A DNA stretch of 64,000 bases from the IMG/VR virus record IMGVR_UViG_3300017991_000052, one strand, 5' to 3'. Below are positions 17,165 through 26,568 of the stretch, in pieces. This DNA comes from a virus. Under the pieces are notes generated by a model. It was not told the DNA's origin. It worked only from the letters and a program-made list of their open reading frames with translations, and made no database searches. A program made the position numbers and the translations under genes. Each line of letters begins with the position of its first letter. The first letter of the stretch is position 1.

Positions 17165-19389
17165 TGCTTATAAATAAATCATTAATAGACGACTTAAGTG
17201 AAGGAGTCGTTTATGAACTTGAAAAAGCGATTCCTGGCATGCCTAAATTACCAAAACCTGGTAAAATAGGCGGACAACCTGATTTAGATAAGAAAAAAGT
17301 TGGAGATATCGTTCAAAGACACGGGAAAGATTATAGAATTACAGCTATAAACCCAACAAAAACTGGGTGGGGACGTTTTAAATTAGAAGCAGTTACTAAA
17401 AAACCAGAAGATGAAGCTGCTAAAAGAGAAGCGCGTCCAGAAGAAACTGGAAAACCTACTGCTATTAAACAAATGGGACAACAAGTAAAAGATCTTTATT
17501 CTAAAGTAAAAGAAAAATTAGGGGAAAAACAAAAACCAACTGTAACACCGCCTAAAGAAAAACCAAAAGAAAGACCAATGATCCCTAAAACATCGGCAGA
17601 AGTACAACAAGCTGATATAAATACTTTAAAAGGGACAATGGATTATCTTTCTAATTTAGAAAATAAAATGAATGCTACAAAAACATCTCCAGAACTGGCA
17701 AAATTAAAACAAGATGTTGTAGATAATTATATAGTTAAAATGAGAGATAAACTTAAACAAAAAATGGGATCTCGTTTTGTTGAATACAAACCAACTGGAA
17801 AACCAGGAGCAGCAGCTGCAGCTGTGAGTTATGAAGATTTACAAAATAAAGTTAAACAATATGAAGATAAAATGTCTGCTGGTCAATATTTAGATCCTCT
17901 TGAAAATAAAGAATATAAGAGAATGAGTAAACAGCTTAATGATATAGAAGATAATAGAATTAAAGCAATGCAAGCTGCTAATCAAAAAATGATGCAAGAA
18001 GAACGTGCTAAAAAAGCAAAAGAATTTGGTGAGAAATTAGCACGTGGTGAAAAACCATTTCCTGAAAGAACTGATAAACATAAAATTGAAGAAGTTAAGT
18101 TAACAGATAAAGATAAACAAGAAGATCTTAGCACCTTTGTTATGACTCGTTATAGAGATGATACTGGAAAATCATATTCATTAGATCAAGTACAAGCTAA
18201 TAATAAAAAAGTTGTAGATAGTTTTGTAAAACAAAATGGGTTAAAGATTCCTAAAGATTCTATTAATTATGTTAAAGGTGAAATTAGAATACCATTTAAT
18301 TCAAAAACTATTAAAGAAATAAGTGGAACACTAAAAGAAAATTATGGATCAACTGATAATGATTATATATCTTTTGAAAAAGGTACTCCTGGTGAAGATT
18401 CAATTTTAAAGATCAAAAAAGTTGGCGGAATTAATTGGGAAATTAAACCATTACCAGAACAATCATTAGCTGATTCAATAAATACAGTTTCTGATATGTA
18501 TGATAAACAAGCAAAATCTGGAAAGAGAAAAGAATACAGATTTTTATTTGCTCCAGATCAAGCATTATTTAATCCGCCAGATTCTCCTGAAGGTCAATCA
18601 ATGACATTTATTCAAGGTGGTATGAGATCTGGTAAAGGATTAATGTTTGGTACAATGATGAATCAAGCTCTTGGAAGTGCTGATGGATCTGTTGTTAAAT
18701 TTTATAATTTTGATCCAACTGGTGCTTTTTGGAATGACATGAAAGATGTTAATCCAAATGTTATTAAACAAATGGATAAAAAAGGATTAGTTGGTCATAA
18801 TGGTGTTGCAACAGATAATATAGTTAAGATGCCACCAGATAAACAAGCTTCTGCTGTTAAATCATATGTAGATAATTTTGTTAATAAATATAATGAAGTT
18901 TATAGCGAACGAGCAGCAATGATGGAACATTATGGCGTTGGTCATATTGGGAAAATAAAAGATCAACAAATTCCTCAAGCAGTATTTAATTTTGATGAAA
19001 TGCAACAATTTGAAGGTATTATTCAAAAAAATACTGCATTATCTAAAGGTGAGAAAAAAGAATTATTAAATAAAATAACTGGAGTAATGGCATCACAAAA
19101 AACAACAGGAAAAAAACTTGGTATAACAATGAATGTTGTTTGTCAAAATGGATTTGATAGTGATCAAATGACTAGTATTTCTGGTGCAGCTGGAAATCAT
19201 TTATTATCATTAGATGGAAAAGCAGATTTAAGATCTTTTGGCAGTGCTAGAGGATTTACAAGTGCAGTGACAAGGGCAAATATTGGAAATGCAATAGTTG
19301 CTGAAACAAGAAAGCCAGATCAGAATCCTAGACTATTAAATCCAATAGTTCCTGGTGTTGGTACAGCAACTGCATTAAAAGGTAAATAA
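17164..19389 (+). CDS. Large protein with C-terminal FtsK/SpoIIIE-like P-loop domain
   Basis: FIQGGMRSGKG (Walker A), NFDPTG, VFNFDE (Walker B) and GKKLGITMNVVCQ follow the FtsK motif order. Confidence 0.7.
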   Translation: MLINKSLIDDLSEGVVYELEKAIPGMPKLPKPGKIGGQPDLDKKKVGDIVQRHGKDYRITAINPTKTGWGRFKLEAVTKKPEDEAAKREARPEETGKPTAIKQMGQQVKDLYSKVKEKLGEKQKPTVTPPKEKPKERPMIPKTSAEVQQADINTLKGTMDYLSNLENKMNATKTSPELAKLKQDVVDNYIVKMRDKLKQKMGSRFVEYKPTGKPGAAAAAVSYEDLQNKVKQYEDKMSAGQYLDPLENKEYKRMSKQLNDIEDNRIKAMQAANQKMMQEERAKKAKEFGEKLARGEKPFPERTDKHKIEEVKLTDKDKQEDLSTFVMTRYRDDTGKSYSLDQVQANNKKVVDSFVKQNGLKIPKDSINYVKGEIRIPFNSKTIKEISGTLKENYGSTDNDYISFEKGTPGEDSILKIKKVGGINWEIKPLPEQSLADSINTVSDMYDKQAKSGKRKEYRFLFAPDQALFNPPDSPEGQSMTFIQGGMRSGKGLMFGTMMNQALGSADGSVVKFYNFDPTGAFWNDMKDVNPNVIKQMDKKGLVGHNGVATDNIVKMPPDKQASAVKSYVDNFVNKYNEVYSERAAMMEHYGVGHIGKIKDQQIPQAVFNFDEMQQFEGIIQKNTALSKGEKKELLNKITGVMASQKTTGKKLGITMNVVCQNGFDSDQMTSISGAAGNHLLSLDGKADLRSFGSARGFTSAVTRANIGNAIVAETRKPDQNPRLLNPIVPGVGTATALKGK

Positions 19390-19391
19390 TA

Positions 19392-20150
19392 ATGGCAGAA
19401 TGTACTTCAACTAGAGTTAATGCGATCAAAGGCATGGTTGATAGAGGTGGTGTTTACGTCACTATCTATAATGCTGAACCTTGTACTGGTGATCAAATAA
19501 CAGTTAATAATGAACTTCAACAGTTTAATTATGAATTAACTGGCACTAATAGCGTGATCCTGTATGGGTATGAGAGTCTTATTGGGGCTAAAGTAGATTG
19601 GGATCTAAGTGGAACTGAAGTAGTATCTGGATCCATGGTAGTAACAGATGCGTCTGGAGTTACTGGATATAATGAAAATATTGATTATACAATGGATTAT
19701 GAAAATGGCACTTTAACTAGAACAGATACTGGATTATTACAAGACTTATCAATTATAAAAATAAATTATACATGGCATTTTGATTGTGTAGATGAAAAAA
19801 CTGGATCTCCGTTTAGATATTGTACAACATGTATAGATCCAGATCAAGGTAATTTTCCAACAGGTGTAATATATACAAATTCGACTAGAATGAAAGCTTT
19901 ATTTCATATTCCAAATTATAATTCTCCTTTTGAAAAAATTGGCGTATGGAAATTAGGTGATGGTGTAGTAACAGTACCTTATGATGTTCAAGTAAATGCT
20001 AAAAATCATGAAGACGGTGGATTTTTCTGTCAAGATAAAATAAAAATTGATGGACAACCAGGAATTTGGAAAGTTATGTCTCTCCCACAGACCATACAAA
20101 TGGGGGAATTCTTGGGTAAAAGAATTCATGTCAGAAAGATAGATTTTTAA
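19392..20150 (+). CDS. Putative head closure/neck protein with inserted beta domain
   Basis: Position in neck module; C..C..CxxC motifs; DYTMDYENGTLT insert. Confidence 0.5.
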   Translation: MAECTSTRVNAIKGMVDRGGVYVTIYNAEPCTGDQITVNNELQQFNYELTGTNSVILYGYESLIGAKVDWDLSGTEVVSGSMVVTDASGVTGYNENIDYTMDYENGTLTRTDTGLLQDLSIIKINYTWHFDCVDEKTGSPFRYCTTCIDPDQGNFPTGVIYTNSTRMKALFHIPNYNSPFEKIGVWKLGDGVVTVPYDVQVNAKNHEDGGFFCQDKIKIDGQPGIWKVMSLPQTIQMGEFLGKRIHVRKIDF

Positions 20151-20151
20151 C

Positions 20152-20709
20152 ATGACTATATATAAATACGTAGTAGATGAAAATATAAATAAAGCAAAAA
20201 AGCCAGTTAAAGTTAGATCAAAAACTGGTAAAGTGTTTACTCAAATGAGAGAAGAAGGTAAAGGAGCTAAAACAAAAACTCCTAAAATTCTTTATCATGT
20301 AGCATTTACTGAAAAAGTTCCTAAGATAAAAGAAGAAGGAGTTAGACCATTACAACCAACAAATTGGGTTCAAGCAGGTAATAAGAAAAGATATGGTGGT
20401 GGAGAAGTATATGCGTTTGAACATCCAGAAGATGCTTTTCGATGGGCAGCTAAAATGGATTGGGAATTTAATAAAGAGATGGGCAGTGGAAAAATTTCTG
20501 TAGTTAGAGCTAAAAATGATGAAGAATGGGAAATAGATGAAAATGATCCAATGAGTCAAGCCGGTTCAAAAGGTAATTGGCTTAAACATGATTTAGGAAT
20601 CAAAAAAGAAAATATACAAGATGCTGTACCATTAACAATAGATATTACAAGAAAAATAACTGCAGGAGATACTGAAAAATTAGATTCATTATTTAAAAAG
20701 GAAAAATAA
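20152..20709 (+). CDS. ADP-ribosyltransferase-fold (KptA/Tpt1-like) protein with basic leader
   Basis: LYH.......KI..EG.RP ... VYAF....A pattern typical of H-class ART domains. Confidence 0.6.
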   Translation: MTIYKYVVDENINKAKKPVKVRSKTGKVFTQMREEGKGAKTKTPKILYHVAFTEKVPKIKEEGVRPLQPTNWVQAGNKKRYGGGEVYAFEHPEDAFRWAAKMDWEFNKEMGSGKISVVRAKNDEEWEIDENDPMSQAGSKGNWLKHDLGIKKENIQDAVPLTIDITRKITAGDTEKLDSLFKKEK

Positions 20710-21167
20710 TGGCTTTAAAAGATAATGATGCGTTACAGGCTAGATTTGATAATATTGTTCATGAAGAAATGGAACAAGGAGTTGGAATTGTAGTTGAAAC
20801 AATTCAAGAAGTTGGGATAAGACGAAGAACTGGTAATTTATTAAATTCAGTTAGATATGTTGGTGAAGTTGAAGCGATGACACATAGAATTGTAGTTGGT
20901 GCTCCTTATGCATCATATTTAAATAGAGGATATGGCGAATTTAGTTTGGTTCCGGGAAGATTGGGAAAAACAATTCCATTAAGAGATGCAACTGGTAAAT
21001 TAATATTTCGTAGAGTATCAACAAGGCCAACATCAACAGGAAAAAATTGGACACATCCAGGATATGAAGGAAAAAATTTCGTGGATATAGCAAAAGAAAA
21101 AATTTATAAAAATATTGTTGTTCGTGTTGAACAGTTTTTAAATGATATTGATCCGGAGGATATGTAA
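20709..21167 (+). CDS. Neck/tail completion protein (HK97 gp10-like)
   Basis: RTGNLLNS, APYASYLNRG and HPGYEGKNF motifs. Confidence 0.75.
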   Translation: MALKDNDALQARFDNIVHEEMEQGVGIVVETIQEVGIRRRTGNLLNSVRYVGEVEAMTHRIVVGAPYASYLNRGYGEFSLVPGRLGKTIPLRDATGKLIFRRVSTRPTSTGKNWTHPGYEGKNFVDIAKEKIYKNIVVRVEQFLNDIDPEDM

Positions 21168-21643
21168 TGAGAAAAGCCTGGAATAAAGGGTTAGTAGTAG
21201 AAAATTATCATACAGATGAAGTTAAAAAAAGAATTGGTGAAGCTTCAAAAAAAAGATGGGCAAAAACAAGTTATAGAAATATGATATATAAATCTATGCG
21301 TAATGCATTTAATAATAAATGTACTTCTATTGAAATAAAAATACAAAAAGCATTGAAAGATAAAAACATTGATTTTGAAATCAATAAGCCATTAAGTGGA
21401 TTACCAGATATATTTATAAAACCTAATATTTGTATTTTTGCAGATGGTGATTATTGGCATTGCAATCCAATTAAATATCCTAATGGACCAATAAATAATT
21501 ATCAAAAGACAAGAATAGAAAAAGATAAAAGAATTAATAGAATATTGAAATCAAATAAGTATAAAGTTTTAAGGTTTTGGGAGAATGATATAAAAAATAA
21601 TTGGGGTAAATGTGAAAAAAAATTAATGGGGGCTATCTACTAA
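21167..21643 (+). mobile_element. Free-standing Vsr/DUF559-like endonuclease
   Basis: AWNKGL, TSIEIKI, PDIF..CIFADGDYWH..KDK..YKVLRFWE. Confidence 0.82.
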
Positions 21644-22200
21644 TGAGTATCGTGGATGCAAAATATGCAATATGGCGAACATTACATGATGCTTATAAAG
21701 AATTAAATGAGCAGCATCCAGATAAAATAGATGTAAAAGTAACTATGGCTTATCCAAGAACTGTTGAGGAAATCGATAAAAGAGCTATAATTACTGTTGC
21801 ACGAATAAATGCTCCGGAAGAAACGAGATTTGTTTCTGATTTGCTATACGAAGAATTACAAACAAATGAAATGCAAAATCAAAGGGGGACATTTCAAACT
21901 GATATTTTCGAAGTAGCAATTTGGACATTGGATCCTCAATATAGAGATGATTTATATTTATTAACAAGACAACTATTATTTGAAAAAAAGAAAACTGAAT
22001 TATTAGAAAAATTTAAATTTATTAAATTTTACAGAATAGGGGGAAGTGATCAAGAATTAGATGTAGCAAAATTGCCACGTACAATATACAGAGCAGTATT
22101 AACTTATTTGACAACAACTCAATTAGAATACCAAACATTATATGATTTAGTAGAACAAATAACTGTTAGTACTTTAGTGGTTACGGGAGATATAGTTTAG
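21643..22200 (+). CDS. Putative tail terminator
   Basis: Position before sheath; size and beta-rich pattern. Confidence 0.55.
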   Translation: MSIVDAKYAIWRTLHDAYKELNEQHPDKIDVKVTMAYPRTVEEIDKRAIITVARINAPEETRFVSDLLYEELQTNEMQNQRGTFQTDIFEVAIWTLDPQYRDDLYLLTRQLLFEKKKTELLEKFKFIKFYRIGGSDQELDVAKLPRTIYRAVLTYLTTTQLEYQTLYDLVEQITVSTLVVTGDIV

Positions 22201-22211
22201 GAGGAGAAAAG

Positions 22212-22445
22212 ATGGTTGAAATAATTAAAAGTCAAAATGAAGATGAAAGTATTAAACTTCAAGCTGGAAGTGAGCCTAAGAAAGATTATCCTAAAATGAA
22301 CTTTTTTGAGCTTGCTGCCGAAATTGATCAAAAATATGTACAAGCATTAAAAGTATTTGCAAAAGTTAAAAATGGTAATGAAGAAAAAACAAGAGAAGAA
22401 TGGCATGAACTATTAAGTAAAATGCTGAATAAAAAAACTACATAG
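22212..22445 (+). CDS. Small protein upstream of sheath
   Basis: GGAGGAG SD; 77 aa. Confidence 0.65.
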   Translation: MVEIIKSQNEDESIKLQAGSEPKKDYPKMNFFELAAEIDQKYVQALKVFAKVKNGNEEKTREEWHELLSKMLNKKTT

Positions 22446-22460
22446 AAAAGGAGGAGAACG

Positions 22461-23879
22461 ATGAGTCCTACGTTTGATGGAAAGTTTTATAGGGTTCCAC
22501 AAGTAGCTGTAAAAACTGATATTTCAGGTCTTACGTCTACTGCTTTGGCACCCGGAGGAATTGTTGCGATGATAGGATCTGCTGAGGGTGGAGCACCGAA
22601 TCTAGTAACTCGTTTTACTGATCCGGTAGAAGCAACTAATACATTTAGAGGCGGGAATTTACTTGAAGCAGCTCAAGTCGCATGGCAACATGGCGCACAA
22701 GTGATCTATATGACAAGAATTGGAACAGCTGATCAAGCTACATTGACATTAGTAGATGGAGCTAGTGCAGATGTTCTTCAAGTCGATTCAATAGATTATG
22801 GTGATTATGTAAATGAAATTAAAGTAAAAGTAGAAGATGGGTCTGTAAGTGGTAAAAAAGTTACTGTACAATTGTATGATAGTTTAACAAACAGAACAAC
22901 TGTGGAAGTTGGAGATAATTTGGCAGATGCAATATCAATTGCTAATTATTTTAATGGTATTACAGAAGGGGTTGAACCATCTGCACTTGTTACGATGACC
23001 TCTATTGTAAGTGGCGGAATTCCTGAAAATATTGGATATACTAATTTAAGTGGTGGAGATAATGGTACGCCATTAACAGCTACTGATTGGTCAAATGCAT
23101 TAGATCTGTATGCAACTGAATTTGTAAATATTTTACATCCTGCAGGAAGTACAGATGCAACAGTTCACGCGTTATTTCAAACACACGTTGAAACATATTC
23201 TAATCAAAAATTAGAAAGAACAGCGGTTGTTGGAGCGGCGGCTGAAGATCCAATTGGAGATATAAGTACACCAGATTCGTTAGTATACAGAGCATATAAT
23301 ATGAATTCTGAAAGAATGGTATTAGTTGCGCCTGGAACTGATGGAAGATCTGGAGCTTATACAGCTGCAAAGATTGTTGGAAGAGCAGCTGGAGTTGATG
23401 TTGCAACACCATTAACTTATCAGACAATCACGGCTACAAGTATTGCCGAAAAATATACAGCGTCTCAAAAAGACACATTAGTACAATATGGAATTCTTGC
23501 AATTGAAGAAGTACCTCAAGGTCGAAGAATCGTAAGAGGTATTACAACTGTTCAAGATCCATCTCAAACGACTGAAGATCCTTTTAAAGAATATAGTGTA
23601 TTGAGAATTAGAGATTATGTTAATTCTAATGTAAGATCAATTCTTGAATCTACTTATATTGGCAAGAAAGGTGTTTTTGGAGTTGAGAGTCAAATTCAAG
23701 CTACTACAGCTTCAGTGCTTGGAAGATTAAAGGAAGCTGAAATCGTTCTTGGTTATAGAAATATCAGAGTTACAAAAGATCAGAACAATCCAAAAGTTTA
23801 CTATGTAAACTATCAAATTGCTCCGATCAGTCCGATTAACTGGATATTCGTGACTACAGAATTTGTTAACACAATTTAA
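22461..23879 (+). CDS. Contractile tail sheath protein
   Basis: IGSAEGG.PN, F.GG.L, LSGGDNG, IVRGITT, RIRDY, YIGK and PISPINWI motifs. Confidence 0.92.
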   Translation: MSPTFDGKFYRVPQVAVKTDISGLTSTALAPGGIVAMIGSAEGGAPNLVTRFTDPVEATNTFRGGNLLEAAQVAWQHGAQVIYMTRIGTADQATLTLVDGASADVLQVDSIDYGDYVNEIKVKVEDGSVSGKKVTVQLYDSLTNRTTVEVGDNLADAISIANYFNGITEGVEPSALVTMTSIVSGGIPENIGYTNLSGGDNGTPLTATDWSNALDLYATEFVNILHPAGSTDATVHALFQTHVETYSNQKLERTAVVGAAAEDPIGDISTPDSLVYRAYNMNSERMVLVAPGTDGRSGAYTAAKIVGRAAGVDVATPLTYQTITATSIAEKYTASQKDTLVQYGILAIEEVPQGRRIVRGITTVQDPSQTTEDPFKEYSVLRIRDYVNSNVRSILESTYIGKKGVFGVESQIQATTASVLGRLKEAEIVLGYRNIRVTKDQNNPKVYYVNYQIAPISPINWIFVTTEFVNTI

Positions 23880-23896
23880 GAAAAGGAGGTAGAGAA

Positions 23897-24496
23897 ATGT
23901 CTAATTTAATTGGTGCTCCGCTTACAGCGATTACAGCAACGCTTATGTTTTTTGGAAGACAAGTTGGCGAATTACAATCACTGTCATGGAATGAAAACAA
24001 TAATTATCGTAGATTGAGTTCTATTGGTAATGGCGTTGATGTTATTCATGTTCCAGGAGTATCCCAATATGATTTAACCGCAAGACGTGCTTTATTGGAA
24101 ACTGATCTAGTTTTAGATTTGTTATATACAATGAAGCAAGGGGATTTTGATGGTAAAACACCATTCGTTGGTAAAGGACCCAATCCCACAGATACAGCTT
24201 CATTAGTAGCTGCAACAGTAACACCTGAAGATTTAATTGCAGCAATTCTTGCTGGTGGCGGTGGAATTGATTTGGGAGATAAGATTGTAAACTTGTACTT
24301 TGATGTACAAGTACAAAATGCTGCTGGTGCTCCGCTCTTTACCTTCGAGGATGTTTCGTTAAACACGAGAAGAGCTACCCTTGATGTGGGTGGAGTTATT
24401 ATTATGAGTGATATAACAATGCTTGGTAGAAAGAAGAAAATTGCAGTTGATTCAAATAGAGCAGCTGAATTAACAAAAGCATTGCCATCAACTTAA
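23897..24496 (+). CDS. Tail tube protein
   Basis: Directly after sheath; G.QVGELQSL..E......IG...HVPG. Confidence 0.75.
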   Translation: MSNLIGAPLTAITATLMFFGRQVGELQSLSWNENNNYRRLSSIGNGVDVIHVPGVSQYDLTARRALLETDLVLDLLYTMKQGDFDGKTPFVGKGPNPTDTASLVAATVTPEDLIAAILAGGGGIDLGDKIVNLYFDVQVQNAAGAPLFTFEDVSLNTRRATLDVGGVIIMSDITMLGRKKKIAVDSNRAAELTKALPST

Positions 24497-24514
24497 TAAA
24501 AAAAGGAAAAATGA

Positions 24515-25063
24515 ATGCCGGGAATAATTGGAAATCCATTATCAGCTTTAACCGCAAGAATCCTATTTGATGGGACAGATGTCGGCACATTGCAAGAATT
24601 AACTGTTGAGGAAGATTTTAATGTTCGACAAGTTAATCAGATTGGTTCCAATATTCCCGCTGAATTTTTACCGGGAACACAGACTGGGAGAATAATTGCT
24701 GCTAGAGCAATGCTCGAAGGTGATTTACTTTGGGATAAACTTACTCCTAGCCTTGTTCCCGGGGCAGATTTAACGGAACTAATCAAAGGTGCTATAGATA
24801 ATAGTGGAGAATTAGAGCTTAATCCAGTATCAGATATTCTTGAACAAGCATATGATATTTATGAAGCTCTTTTTTTGGGGAGAGTTACTGGGGATAGAGC
24901 AACATTTGTAGTATATTTTAATGTTGAAATATTAGATCCAAATGATAATATAATTGCAAAATTTAATAAATGTACTTTAACAGCTAGAACATTATCAATA
25001 ACAATTGGTAATATAATAGTAATGCAAAATATAACAATGTTATTTGGAAGTAGGGAATATTAA
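24515..25063 (+). CDS. Tail tube paralog 2
   Basis: IG.PL.A.TA.I.F.G..VG.LQ.L motif shared with 23897-24496. Confidence 0.7.
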   Translation: MPGIIGNPLSALTARILFDGTDVGTLQELTVEEDFNVRQVNQIGSNIPAEFLPGTQTGRIIAARAMLEGDLLWDKLTPSLVPGADLTELIKGAIDNSGELELNPVSDILEQAYDIYEALFLGRVTGDRATFVVYFNVEILDPNDNIIAKFNKCTLTARTLSITIGNIIVMQNITMLFGSREY

Positions 25064-25785
25064 TGTTAATTAAGCAGGTAATAACAGCTCAGAATTGTGT
25101 AATTGAAATACCAGATGGACATGAAGTTGGTTATTTGCAAAATTTAACTATAAATGCTAGTTATAATTTACAACCTATTAAAAATTTATATCAACATACT
25201 ATACAACAATATGCTCAAGGTATTGCACAATATGCCGTGACAGCTCAAAGGGGATTCATTGAAATGGATTCTATTTTTGGGGATCAAAGGGCATTAGTAC
25301 AATTTTTAGATTCACTTGAGAATTTAACAAATAAAAATCAAGAAAATACAACAGCTAATAATCAAATGCTTCAATGGCTAGATGATATTGGTACGATTAT
25401 TAGAACTGGTAAACAAATATGGGATAAGATAACATCAGATAATAGTGAAGGTATTATAGATACTTTAAAAGAAATATTCTTAGGTAATAGAAATATTGGA
25501 GACTTATTTACATTAATAAAATTTAACATTAGAGTGGCAAACCCAATTGTTCAATATCCTGAAACACTTGGGCAAGAAGCTGCTAGAATAGCTGAACTTT
25601 TCACTGGCAATCGAAGTGATTTGTATATATTAAAGGACTGTAAGGTAAATTCAAGAAACATGGTAATTAATCCAGAGAATGTATTAGTTATGGAAACTGT
25701 AGAAATTTTCGCCGAACAAATGGAAGATGCTGTATTTAGAGCAAATCTTCCAAATGATTTAAATATCGGAAATTTTACAACGTAA
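25063..25785 (+). CDS. Tail tube paralog 3
   Basis: G.EVGYLQNL..TAQRGFIE and CKVNSR..I motifs shared with the two upstream genes. Confidence 0.65.
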   Translation: MLIKQVITAQNCVIEIPDGHEVGYLQNLTINASYNLQPIKNLYQHTIQQYAQGIAQYAVTAQRGFIEMDSIFGDQRALVQFLDSLENLTNKNQENTTANNQMLQWLDDIGTIIRTGKQIWDKITSDNSEGIIDTLKEIFLGNRNIGDLFTLIKFNIRVANPIVQYPETLGQEAARIAELFTGNRSDLYILKDCKVNSRNMVINPENVLVMETVEIFAEQMEDAVFRANLPNDLNIGNFTT

Positions 25786-25807
25786 AGAATAATGGGAGGT
25801 GAATGAA

Positions 25808-26302
25808 ATGCCAGAGGATAAAAAGCCAGAAATAAAGAAACTGACAGAAGAACAAGAAGCTATTAAAGTAGCAAAAATTGAAATTGGTAAAGATCAAAAA
25901 GCAAAGATCACAACTACTTTCGATGATGATAAAGATAGAAATAGAAAGATCACATTTGAATTTGATGTTCATATTCCTACTGTTCAAGAAGAACTTCAAA
26001 TAACAGTAAGAGAAAATGAAATTCTTGGTGCTAATGTAAATAATTTTCTAGTAAATACTGCAGTTAGAATGATTGCAACTTTAGATATTGTTACTGATCA
26101 AATTAGAGTAACTGATGACGACAATAAAACTCATGTTCTTGATTGTGGATTTTGGGATATGTTACAAACAATGAAACAAGTTGGTAAAGCATACAAAGAA
26201 ATAGTTTTTCCAGTTTATCAAGAATTTTCTAAATTTCAACAAGATATCGAGGTTGATTTCGACGTATTAAAAAAATCGTTAGCACACCTTGGGAAGAAAT
26301 AA
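25808..26302 (+). CDS. Tail assembly chaperone (lambda gpG analog)
   Basis: Between tube and tape measure; GGAGGTGA SD favours ATG 25808; slippery site near 3' end. Confidence 0.75.
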   Translation: MPEDKKPEIKKLTEEQEAIKVAKIEIGKDQKAKITTTFDDDKDRNRKITFEFDVHIPTVQEELQITVRENEILGANVNNFLVNTAVRMIATLDIVTDQIRVTDDDNKTHVLDCGFWDMLQTMKQVGKAYKEIVFPVYQEFSKFQQDIEVDFDVLKKSLAHLGKK

Positions 26303-26568
26303 AATTTGGTATTTGGGAAAGATATGGGCTACCCTGGGATGTGCAAAATCTTACAAAGATGCAGTATATGTTGCTTTATGCCCATATTTTTAATAGCTTA
26401 CATAAAGAAGATACTAAAGATAAAGCAACTAAAGAAGAAATTGAAAATGATTGGAATAAACGCTTAGAAGACGCTAAAGTGAGATCTATTAAGAGACAAA
26501 AAAGCCGAGAAGACATGATTAAAGAAGCCCAAGACAAGATCATGAAACACATAGAGGAAAATAAATAA
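26269..26568 (+). CDS. -1 frameshift extension of tail chaperone (gpGT analog)
   Basis: A AAA AAA at 26269-26275; -1 frame reads IVSTPWEEIKFG... continuously into ORF 26341-26568. Confidence 0.75.
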   Translation, partial: KKIVSTPWEEIKFGIWERYGLPWDVQNLTKMQYMLLYAHIFNSLHKEDTKDKATKEEIENDWNKRLEDAKVRSIKRQKSREDMIKEAQDKIMKHIEENK

